This document shows positions 24,301 through 32,939 of a stretch of DNA of 64,000 nt, piece by piece. The position numbers and the translations under genes were made by a program. This DNA is from Candidatus Nanopelagicales bacterium (GTDB lineage: Bacteria; Actinomycetota; Actinomycetes; S36-B12; UBA10799), in the NCBI GenBank assembly GCA_041393775.1, contig JAWKJM010000003.1, positions 30,811-94,810 on the forward strand. Direction: 5' to 3'. Under the pieces are notes generated by a model that was given only the letters and a program-made list of their open reading frames with translations, was not told where the DNA came from and searched no databases. Numbering within the stretch: the stretch's first letter is position 1; each line of letters begins with the position of its first letter.

Positions 24301-26001
24301 ATGACATCGCGCGCGCTGCTCCGGCTGCGCTCGGCCATGGAAGCGGCGGCGGCGGCGGGCGACATGCAGGCCTGGCTCACGGCCGCCACCTCGTTGCAGG
24401 GACTGCTCGAACGGCAGGAACCGGATGCCGCTGGCCGGACCGAACTGTACGCGGACATGGTTGCGGCCTGCGACCAGTTGCGGTGCGCGTGGCGCAGCCG
24501 GCCCGGGCGGTTGCGGGTCTCGCAGGACGCCGACCGGGTGACCGGTCCGCTGCTGCGCGACCTGCTCGACGACCCGGATCCCGACCTCGGGCAGATCCTC
24601 GCGCTGACCGAGGCGGCGAGGGCACGGGTGCTGCTGGACGCGTTGTCGGGGCTGTACCGAGGTGACAGCGGCGACCCCGACGAGAAGCGGGAAGCCGACC
24701 GGGTGCTGGCCTTCCCGCCCGACCCCGACCCGGATCCGCTGCGCCGCGAGATGGGCCTGATCAGTGCGGTGCGCGCGCTGGACGACCATCTCGCCCAAGC
24801 CCGGCATGAGGCCTTGGCGGCAGTGGAGTCGATGTACGCACGGGCTGCGGGCACGGGCTTCGAGGGCGGTGCCGCGCCCGTCGGCCTCGCTGCCGTGCAA
24901 GCGGCACTGCACCCCGCTGAGGTCCTGGTCGAGTACCTCGTCCCCCACCACCCGCTGCACCCCGCACTCGGCCTGGCAGCGTTGGTGATCACTCCCGACG
25001 ACGCGCGGCTGGTGCCAGAACTGCAGTTGCCTCATCGTTTCGTGAGCGGCTTCACCGGCAGCTACGGCATCGACGGCCGGGCCCCGGTCGACGCAAGTCC
25101 GCTGGGCGACATGGTCGTGGGCGCGCGGCGCGCCGTGCAGGGCCCGGATCCCGTGGCGGCCCGGGAGGCCGGGCGCATGCTCCACGACGTGCTGATCCGG
25201 CCCCTGGACGTGCCCACCGGCAGGTCGCGGTGGATCATCGTGCCGCACCGGCAGTTGCACCCGGTGCCGTGGATGGCGTTCGTGGATCCGGGCGGCGACC
25301 CGTGGCTCATGACCACGACCCTGACCCTGAGTCCGAGCGCGTCGGTGTGGGAGGCGCTGACCCGCCGCCGCCACGAGGGGTCGTCGGCGCTGGCGCTGGG
25401 GGACCCCCTGCTGGGCTACGCGGGAATGCCCGCCCTGCCCCAGGCCGCCGACGAGGTCGACCACCTCGGGCAGGTGTGGCGCGTGCGGGGGCTGGCGGCG
25501 GATGTGCGGATCGGCGCGAAAGCATCGGTGGGCGCGCTGCGGGAGGCGGGGCCCGGCGCGTCCGTGGTCCATCTGGCAACGCACGGGACCTTCCCGGACA
25601 GCGCGTCGGGCGAGGACCACCAACTGCTGCTGAGCATGTCCGCCGGGTCGAACGGGCGCGTGCCCGCGTCGTTGCTGCGGGGGCTGGACCTGCGCCGGGC
25701 CTGGTGCACCACCTTGAGCGTGTGCAACGGCGGGCTCTACCGCATCGGCGCCGGCGACGAACCCCTGGGACTGCTCCCGGCGGCGCTTGAGGCGGGGACG
25801 TCCAGCGTGATCGCCGCGCAGTGGGCCGTCGATGATGCCGCCGGCCGCCGGCTGATGACCTCGGTGACGGACGCGCTGCCCGGCCGAGATCCGGCAACCG
25901 CTGTGCAGGAGGGGGTGCTGGCAATGGCAGACGCCGGAGCGCCGCCGCGGGACTGGGCGGCCTTCACGGTGATCGGGTCGGGCCGCGGGCCAGCTCCTTG
26001 A
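24301..26001 (+). CDS. Helical-repeat (TPR-like) N-terminal domain plus C-terminal CHAT protease, 566 aa
   Basis: ATG lies 12 nt after the upstream stop. CHAT contexts are IIVPHRQLHPVPWMAF, VVHLATHGTF (His), TTLSVCNGG (Cys) and VIAAQWAVDDAAG. Confidence 0.8.
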   Translation: MTSRALLRLRSAMEAAAAAGDMQAWLTAATSLQGLLERQEPDAAGRTELYADMVAACDQLRCAWRSRPGRLRVSQDADRVTGPLLRDLLDDPDPDLGQILALTEAARARVLLDALSGLYRGDSGDPDEKREADRVLAFPPDPDPDPLRREMGLISAVRALDDHLAQARHEALAAVESMYARAAGTGFEGGAAPVGLAAVQAALHPAEVLVEYLVPHHPLHPALGLAALVITPDDARLVPELQLPHRFVSGFTGSYGIDGRAPVDASPLGDMVVGARRAVQGPDPVAAREAGRMLHDVLIRPLDVPTGRSRWIIVPHRQLHPVPWMAFVDPGGDPWLMTTTLTLSPSASVWEALTRRRHEGSSALALGDPLLGYAGMPALPQAADEVDHLGQVWRVRGLAADVRIGAKASVGALREAGPGASVVHLATHGTFPDSASGEDHQLLLSMSAGSNGRVPASLLRGLDLRRAWCTTLSVCNGGLYRIGAGDEPLGLLPAALEAGTSSVIAAQWAVDDAAGRRLMTSVTDALPGRDPATAVQEGVLAMADAGAPPRDWAAFTVIGSGRGPAP

Positions 26002-26077
26002 CGACGCGGTCGCACGACTAGGTCGCGCGCGCGACAATGGAGTCCCTTGGAGGAGCCTTGCTACTCTGCTCCACGAG

Positions 26078-26608
26078 GTGATGACTGTGAAGACCGCTGT
26101 TGTGTTGGGCGCTGTTGCTCTGGCCACCGGATTGGGGGTGGCCCCGGCACACGCCGATGTGGTCTGGTCGGGATGCGACACCGACACGTTCGTGAAGAAG
26201 GTCAAGAAGAAGGGCAAGGTCAGACTCAAGGTCAAACAGACCGCAACTGGCTGCGCGGAACGACACGTGCTCAGCGATGGCCGCACCTGCCGCATCGTGA
26301 CGGCCTACAACTTCGCACAGACTTCCAAGGCGACCACGCGCAAGGGGGTCAAGACCGTCACCAAGTGGGGCCCGTTCCGCGGACTCCCCGAAGGGAAGAC
26401 CTTCGACAACTGCAGCATCAACGGTCAAACCCCCCTGCTCACGACGGACCAAGACTTCACGGGCGAATTCACGATGAAGATCAAGAAGAAGCAGTTCGCC
26501 GCCAGCCCCAGGCTGTATGTCCGGGTGGATGCCGAAACCACGGACCCCGAGGGGATCGTCACCATCGAGAATCGCGGGGGATGGTTCTTCAAGGCCTACA
26601 GCGGGTGA
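26078..26608 (+). CDS. Small secreted Lys-rich, four-Cys protein, 176 aa
   Basis: The signal peptide is MMTVKTAVVLGAVALATGLGVAPAHA followed by DVVW. Lys runs include KKVKKKGKVRLKVK and KIKKKQ. GC content and GC3 are visibly lower than in the neighbours (gct gtt gtg ttg ggc gct gtt gct). Confidence 0.7.
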   Translation: MMTVKTAVVLGAVALATGLGVAPAHADVVWSGCDTDTFVKKVKKKGKVRLKVKQTATGCAERHVLSDGRTCRIVTAYNFAQTSKATTRKGVKTVTKWGPFRGLPEGKTFDNCSINGQTPLLTTDQDFTGEFTMKIKKKQFAASPRLYVRVDAETTDPEGIVTIENRGGWFFKAYSG

Positions 26609-26617
26609 ACCAGCACC

Positions 26618-28120
26618 TCACGACGCCGCAGGCCGCTGCCTGACCACGTATCCTCCCGACTCGCTGAGCACGTCCCACTCCTGCAGGCACGGCACCTGCA
26701 CCGCGGCCGGCAGCAGGACCCAGTCGATCCCGGTGCTCCAGTCGGCACCGCAGAAGGACTGCGGATCCTGCTCGAAACCCGCGACCTGGTCGTAGCGGCG
26801 CCACCACTCCTGCAGATCCGGACCTGCGTAGGGCGGGCTCTTCCAGTCGACGTAGATGGGGACCTCCGCGTTGAGCCGGACGTTCTGGGCGGCCAGCGGT
26901 ACGAGTCCGACTCCTTGCGGGTGCGCCGCCAGGACCAGTGCGGTGGCCGGATCTGCGACTTCGGGCGGCTCGACCTGCACGCAGGAGTACAGCCCGTAGC
27001 CGCCGATCACAACGGCACAGGCCAGCACCGGCAAGGTCCAGTCCCGCACCGGCAGCCGCGTCAGCACCCGGCCCAGTCGCACCGCCACCACAGTCGCGGC
27101 GACCGGGACCGCCACCACAGAGATGCGCCAGGGGAACGGCAGGGCGAGCCCGGCCCAGCGCGTGAACTCGACCACCACCACCGCGAGCAGGCCCGGCACC
27201 GTCGCGGCGATCAGCCATACCGAGAGCCACCGCCCGTGACGCAATGGGCGCACCAGAATGGCCGCGGCCGCGATGAGCACCAGATACGCCACGTCGTACC
27301 AGCGCCATGACGAGAGCAACGTGTGGTGCGGGATGCGTTCGAAGGCGAACCGGTCGCGAGCCTCACCGCCGGCGATCGAGAACACCGCGGGGTTGGCGAG
27401 AACCGCGATGCCCACGCTGGCAGCGCCCACGATCAGGTAGCCGGGAAGCCGCCGCCAGCCGGAACCGGCCACCAGATCTGCCAGCAACGCTGCGCCAAGG
27501 CCGATGCCCGTGACCATCAGATACGTGGGGTGCACCGCGCACGCCACGACCACCAACCCGGCCGCAGCAGCCGAGCGCCTACGGTCGTTCTGCGCGCCCA
27601 GCCACAGGCCGAGGGCCACCAGGAGCAGGACACCGGCCGAACTCGGCTGCAGATAACCCGGCTTGTTGATCAGGTACTGCCCGACCAAACCGTGGAAGGC
27701 CGACAACTCCCCGAGCGGTATCGGCGCCGTCGTCCACGGGATCAGGGTCGCGCCCAGCATCACAATCGCGATCGCCGCTACTGTCCGGCCCGGATTGAGC
27801 GCACGCGCGATGAGGTACCCGCCGGTCAGCGCCACGACGGTCACGAGGTAGGCGGCGGCCCGAAGCGCGAAGTCCCCGCCGGCATCGATCAGCAGCCCCC
27901 CGAGCCACGTGAACAGCGGGTAGGGGTCCACGGTGGTCACCAGCCAGTCGGCCTGCAGCTGCGGCACCCGCTCGCCCAGCGCGTGCGCGAGGTATTGGTT
28001 CTGGTTCTGGTAGGCAGGCACCGCCAGCACGTTGGCGAACCCCAGCAAGGCGATGAGCAGAGCCGGAACCGCGCGGTTGAGCCGGCGCGGCTCGAGTTCG
28101 GTCCCCGTCGGCACTCCCAT
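26618..28120 (-). CDS. Polytopic integral membrane protein (GT-C-like glycosyltransferase fold suspected) with C-terminal soluble domain, 500 aa
   Basis: About 12 hydrophobic segments run through the first ~390 aa. The C-terminus reads ...YVDWKSPPYAGPDLQEWWRRYDQVAGF.... Function is not established. Confidence 0.6.
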   Translation of the reverse strand: MGVPTGTELEPRRLNRAVPALLIALLGFANVLAVPAYQNQNQYLAHALGERVPQLQADWLVTTVDPYPLFTWLGGLLIDAGGDFALRAAAYLVTVVALTGGYLIARALNPGRTVAAIAIVMLGATLIPWTTAPIPLGELSAFHGLVGQYLINKPGYLQPSSAGVLLLVALGLWLGAQNDRRRSAAAAGLVVVACAVHPTYLMVTGIGLGAALLADLVAGSGWRRLPGYLIVGAASVGIAVLANPAVFSIAGGEARDRFAFERIPHHTLLSSWRWYDVAYLVLIAAAAILVRPLRHGRWLSVWLIAATVPGLLAVVVVEFTRWAGLALPFPWRISVVAVPVAATVVAVRLGRVLTRLPVRDWTLPVLACAVVIGGYGLYSCVQVEPPEVADPATALVLAAHPQGVGLVPLAAQNVRLNAEVPIYVDWKSPPYAGPDLQEWWRRYDQVAGFEQDPQSFCGADWSTGIDWVLLPAAVQVPCLQEWDVLSESGGYVVRQRPAAS

Positions 28121-28685
28121 GCCGAATCACGTTACGTGGCGCGGAACACAGCGGGCGTTCTGTGCCAAGGAATGTTCACCGGGAATCGGCGTCGATGTCC
28201 TTCACGCGCGCTTTCGGTTGGTGTGCGGTCATCGAGCACAAGTGCGGCATCGTCTGGTTCGACTACGATTCGCCGGCGTCCGCTGGAGCGAGCCGGAGTA
28301 GCCGGTCGGGTGCACCGAACCGCGGTTGTCGGCTCACCCGTGTCGGGCACGTGGGCATCGGGACGGTGCTCGCGGCCGCAGCCAACGCCTGAGGGCGAGT
28401 GCACGCCGGGCCGTTCCTCGATCCGCACCTTCGTGGTGGCTCCGACCGTGAACGGCCGTCTGGTGTCGCGTATCCATGCCGGGTTCTCCCGCGCCGGCGT
28501 GACCCGCACCTTCGTCACAACCGTGCACGGACCCCTCACCTTCCTCAAAACGCCCCGTGCCGGCACGAGGCACCAGACGACCGGCCGAGCGAGTGTGTCC
28601 GAACGGACCCTGTCGCAACCCAGCCACGCGTGCCTACGGTGGCCGCGCGCCGGACCGCCCGGCCCGGTTAGCGCCGGAGGTCCCG

Positions 28686-29069
28686 ATGTTGTCCGCCTAC
28701 ACCCCAGCCACCACTCTGGCCACCGCCGATCCCGAACGATCGCGGGCCTTCTACGAGGGCGTGCTGGGCTTCGAGCCGGTCGAAGAAACCGATGAAGGTG
28801 TCTTCTACGAATCCGGAGACAGTGCGTTCTTCGTGTACCAGTCCGGTTTCGCCGGTACGAACCGCGCCACGTCGATGTCCTTCCAGGTCCCGAACGACGA
28901 GTTCGACGCCGAGATCCAGGCACTGCGTGACGCGGGGGTCTCGTTCGACACCTTCGAGATGGACGAGATCGAGTGGCAGGACGGGGTCGCGATCAGGGAA
29001 GGGATGCGCAGCGCGTGGTTCAGCGACCCCGACGGGAACATCCTCAACATCATGACCCGAACGGCGTAG
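28686..29069 (+). CDS. VOC/glyoxalase-bleomycin-resistance family protein, 127 aa
   Basis: A GGAGG RBS at 28677-28681 precedes ATG 28686. Motifs are ADPERSRAFYEGVLGFEPV and WFSDPDGNILNI, typical of the VOC fold. Confidence 0.8.
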   Translation: MLSAYTPATTLATADPERSRAFYEGVLGFEPVEETDEGVFYESGDSAFFVYQSGFAGTNRATSMSFQVPNDEFDAEIQALRDAGVSFDTFEMDEIEWQDGVAIREGMRSAWFSDPDGNILNIMTRTA

Positions 29070-30655
29070 TTACGCGAAGTCCTCCGGCAGGATCGTCGGC
29101 TTCGTCTCGCCGTACAGCCACTGCTGGAAGTACTGGTGCAGCAGCGCGAGTTTGGCGCCCTTGAAGTTGCTGGCCCTCTTCGCCTCGGCGATGAACTGCC
29201 GCGTGTTGATGTTGCCGTACCGGTAGCGCTGGTTCAGCCGCTGCGCCAGGCTGAAGAACTTCGTGTCGCCGACGATCTCCCGGTACCCCTGCACCGTCAT
29301 CGCCCCGCGCTGGTAGGTCGGGAAGTACTCGAACAGATTCGCCGGGTCACCGTCGAGGACCGCCGGTGCGACCTCCCAGTCCTCGGCCGGCGTGGAGGCA
29401 TAGAGCGCGTCGAAGCGCGCAGCAGGATCGGTTCCGCCTTGGGTCTGCGCGCTCCAGTACCACTGGCTCCAGTTGGCCCAGCCCTCGTTGAACCAGATAT
29501 CCGCCCAGGTCTGCAACGTCACGCTGTCGCCGAACCATTGGTGGGACAGTTCGTGCAACTGGGTGCCGACGTTGATCGACGGGTTGCCGCTGCTGAAGGC
29601 TCCGGCGTAGTGCGGCTTGCCCTGCACCTCGAGCGCGTACCCCACGCCCGCCGCCCGATCGGCGACGGCACCGGTCGAGTCGAACGGATACGGCCCGTAC
29701 AGACCGCTGAGGAAGTTCACCTGCCCGGGAGCCTGCTCCAGGGATTTCTGGATCGCGGCCTTCTGCAGTGCGTTGGCCGAACTGTCGACCGCGTTGTAGA
29801 CCGGCAGGCTGCGTCCCGTCGACGTCTCAGTCATCGAACCAACGTCGTAGTCGAAGTCGCCCACGGTGGCGGTCGTGAGGTAGGTGGCGGTCGGGTTGTT
29901 CTCGCGCCAGTGCCAGTCACTGTGCCGTCCCCGTTGTCCTTCTTCCCCACGTTCTCGCCGGTGCCCAGGGCGGTCTTGCCGGCCGGAACCCGGATGAAGG
30001 TCTCGAACGTCGCCTTGTCACTGGGGTAGTTGTTCGACGGGAACCAGCTCTGCGCACCGATCGGCTCATTGACGACGAACGAGCCGTCGCAGGTCTGCGG
30101 CGGGGTGAGCGGGTAGCACGCGCGCACCCAGCCCTCGATCGACTCGTCGGCGTCGGTGATGGGTTCGGGAGTCCCGGAGTACCTCACCTCGACCGTGAAG
30201 TGGCGGCCCGCCTTGGGCCGGCTCGACGGGTGCGGCGTGACGACCAGTTTCATCGGCTGGGTCACCTGGCTGTTGGAACTCAGCACCGGGGTGGCATCGA
30301 CCTGCTGGAACCGCGCGGCGCGGCCGTTGACCTTGACACTGGACACGTGGAGGTCCTGGAAGTCGAGGCTGAACTCCTTCAACCTCTGGTCGGCCGTCGC
30401 GCTGACGGTGGTGCTGGCGGACTTGAAGGTGTTGGTGGCCGGGTCGTAGTCCAGGTAGATCCGGTAGTGGTCAACGTCGTAGCCACCATTGCCGACCTGC
30501 GGAAGCAGCGGATCGCCGAGGGTGCGGGCACCGGCGACCGGCTTGCCGTTGCCGTGGCCATGCCCGTGACCCGTCGGCGCTGCGCTGCTGCTCCCGGGCG
30601 TGAAGACCACCAGCAGAGCGGACGCCGCGGCCACCAGACCTGCCTGAAATCCCAT
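29070..30655 (-). pseudogene. Secreted M1-family zinc aminopeptidase interrupted by a single-base frameshift near 29915-29917
   Basis: ORF 29831..30691 encodes the signal peptide and the M1 N-terminal domain. ORF 29070..29864 carries HELSHQWFG ... WFNEGWANW (the HExxH-x18-E motif). Shifting one base at GTGAC-TGGCAC restores ...DGTVTWHWRENNPTATYLTTATVGDFDYDVG.... Confidence 0.75.
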
Positions 30656-30827
30656 GGAGCGGACCTTCCCGTGTGGATCGACCATATGCATGCTGCCCGG
30701 ACGATGGACAGGGGCCGTTCAGCGGATCGCCGGGACGGCGGCGGGCGACGTAAGGTCGCGGCGCATCGGCGCGACCTTACGCGGACCGGATCAGCGGCTG
30801 GATTCGCGGACCCGTCAGGCGACCCGC

Positions 30828-31733
30828 TCAGGCTCCGGCCGTGGGTCGCTCCACCCAGTCCAAGACATCGCGGACGAGCCCGGAACTCATCGCCGCGCGC
30901 ATGTGACCGATCCCCTCGTACTCGATGTGGGTGCAGTCGGAAATCCGTCCCACCGTTTCCGCGACGATCTCGGGGGTGAAGAACATGTCACCCTCTGCGC
31001 TGATGAGCAGCACCGGCACTGTGATCCTCGGCAACGCCTCTCGGGCATCGAAGGCCAGTTCGGCCTCCGCCTCGACCATCAGGTCCCCTGCCAGCACATG
31101 CTCTCCGGAGGTCACGCGGCTCAGCAGCGGGGCGACCCTGCGGCGTTGCCGTTGCGCCGCGTCGTCCGGGTAGATGTACTCGGCCATGATCAGCCCGGCA
31201 TCACTGTCGCGGCCTTGCGCCCGCGCCTGCGCCCAGCGGTAGTCGACGTCACGGCCCCAATCGGTGATCTGGTCGGCCGAAAGCGCGATCACGAGGTGGT
31301 CGAAGCAACTGGCATGATCTGCGGCCAGGTACTGCGCGATCATCCCGCCGTAGGAGATGCCCACCACCGCATCGACATGCCCGCCGAACCGGTCCGCGAT
31401 GAGTTGCGCATAGTCATCTGCCATGTCACTGACGCTGTGCCCTGCCGGCATGTTCGCGCGGCGGGCCACCTGCCAGACCGCGAAACCTGCATCGGTCAGC
31501 GGCTTGAACTGTCGCCCGTAGATCGCGCTCATCGAACCGTGCGGCACGTCGCTGCCCGGCCCGCCTGGAATCCACAGCAGGTTCTTGGGCCCGTCTCCCC
31601 ACCGGGCGTACCGCATCCCGTTGTCGAACTCGCCCGTTTCAGCCCGCCCGGTCTGCAGCACCCGGCGCACCTTGAGCGCAGCCACCATCGTCAGGGCCGC
31701 CGTCCCGAGACCCACAACCTTCCGTTTCCTCAT
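30828..31733 (-). CDS. Alpha/beta hydrolase with N-terminal anchor, ~301 aa
   Basis: The probable start is MRKRKVVGLGTAALTMVAALKV. Motifs are LLWIPGGPG, the nucleophile elbow VVGISYGGMIA, and a C-terminal GIGHM. Confidence 0.75.
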   Translation of the reverse strand: MRKRKVVGLGTAALTMVAALKVRRVLQTGRAETGEFDNGMRYARWGDGPKNLLWIPGGPGSDVPHGSMSAIYGRQFKPLTDAGFAVWQVARRANMPAGHSVSDMADDYAQLIADRFGGHVDAVVGISYGGMIAQYLAADHASCFDHLVIALSADQITDWGRDVDYRWAQARAQGRDSDAGLIMAEYIYPDDAAQRQRRRVAPLLSRVTSGEHVLAGDLMVEAEAELAFDAREALPRITVPVLLISAEGDMFFTPEIVAETVGRISDCTHIEYEGIGHMRAAMSSGLVRDVLDWVERPTAGA

Positions 31734-32254
31734 CGCGATCGCCTCCAGTTCGAGGGTATGCCTGTGAATCTGGGACATTTCGACCCCTACCGTGCCGGGT
31801 CACGGGCGAAGCCTGAAGCACTATGCAAAATGATCGAGCCATCAGCGCGGTTCTCCCCCAGGAACCCAGCCGCCAACCGGTGATCATTTTGCGAACTGCG
31901 TCATGGTCGGCGCCGCATCGAGGCATTACACGGCGTGCACAGTGCCATCAGGGCGTTGGACCGGGCATCGGGACGCGTCATGGCCGCAAGGATCGGAGTA
32001 ACAGGACGTCCGTGCCAGAGCAGGGGGGATCGTGAGCGGTGCGAAGGGGCCAGCAGCGGTGTCGCAACAGGTCGGATGCTCTCCTTCAGCAACGACGTAC
32101 CACTTCTCGGGTCTCGACGACTTGCTCGGCGAGGCGGATCGGTTCAACGTCGCAAGCCGAACGCGTGACTGAGGCGACGCTAGCGGGCAAGATCACGGTG
32201 ATCCTCAGTGCGACCCGTCCCACCCACCCCTCCGCTGGTGAAGGCTGCTTGCGC

Positions 32255-32902
32255 CTACGCCTGCACCGCCCTGATCAGCGCCACCAGCTGCGCCGTGGAC
32301 TCTGCGATCTGCGCACCCGCCGGCTCGTGCCACTCGAACCCCATGACATGGGGATCGGGGACGTCGTCGGGGTGTGGAACCTGTTCCTGCCGCCGGCCCA
32401 GCCGGCGCTTCGGGGGGTCCGGCGGCGCGGAGGCCGGCGCCATCCCGCGCGCCGCGTCCAACTCGTCGACGAGCCACCTCGTCACATCGCCCTGCAACGG
32501 CGACACGAAGGCCCGCGGGTCGCCCTGTTCGAAGTCCCCCGGCGATCTGGCCGCTTCAACCATCCCCGCGTCCAGCAACCACTGCGCCAGCCGACCGGCC
32601 TGCCTGATCGTGAACGTGCGGGACCGGGCCCGGGGATCCAGGGACACGACCGCGGGCTGGTGCTCCCTGGCCGCAGTGAGCACCAGGTCCGCCCACGCGA
32701 GATGCCCGGCGGTGAGCCGTTGGGACCGATGCTGGTCACTGCGCCCCTGGAGCGCGGTCGCCATCGCACACCCCGGTGAACCGTCCGACGCCACCGTGCC
32801 GGCTGAGGTCACCTGGACGTCCGGCAGGCAGGCATCGCGCAGGATCGCCGCCGCCGACGGCGAGCGGCAGATGTTCGCGGTGCAGACGTACAAGACCTTC
32901 AT
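32255..32902 (-). CDS. Low-molecular-weight phosphotyrosine phosphatase / ArsC-like family protein, 215 aa
   Basis: The N-terminus is MKVLYVCTANICRSP (CX5R(S) P-loop). A DPH motif near the C-terminus (DDVPDPHV) is the candidate general acid. Confidence 0.75.
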   Translation of the reverse strand: MKVLYVCTANICRSPSAAAILRDACLPDVQVTSAGTVASDGSPGCAMATALQGRSDQHRSQRLTAGHLAWADLVLTAAREHQPAVVSLDPRARSRTFTIRQAGRLAQWLLDAGMVEAARSPGDFEQGDPRAFVSPLQGDVTRWLVDELDAARGMAPASAPPDPPKRRLGRRQEQVPHPDDVPDPHVMGFEWHEPAGAQIAESTAQLVALIRAVQA

Positions 32903-32939
32903 CGCGCATCCCCCCGGACCATTGTGGCGCGACCGCGTT

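Noticed and set aside
26022-26035. 14-bp perfect palindrome GTCGCGCGCGCGAC just after the second CHAT gene
   Set aside because: Short GC-only palindromes are expected by chance at this base composition. It may contribute to termination but is not distinctive.
19814-26295. 616-aa (19814-21664) and 826-aa (23815-26295) minus-strand ORFs antisense to the CHAT operon
   Set aside because: They have shadow-ORF composition, while the + strand genes have catalytic motifs and tight operon spacing.
28250-28275. GGTTCGA T-loop-like string suggesting a tRNA
   Set aside because: The flanking bases do not form a T-stem or an acceptor stem, and no anticodon arm could be drawn.
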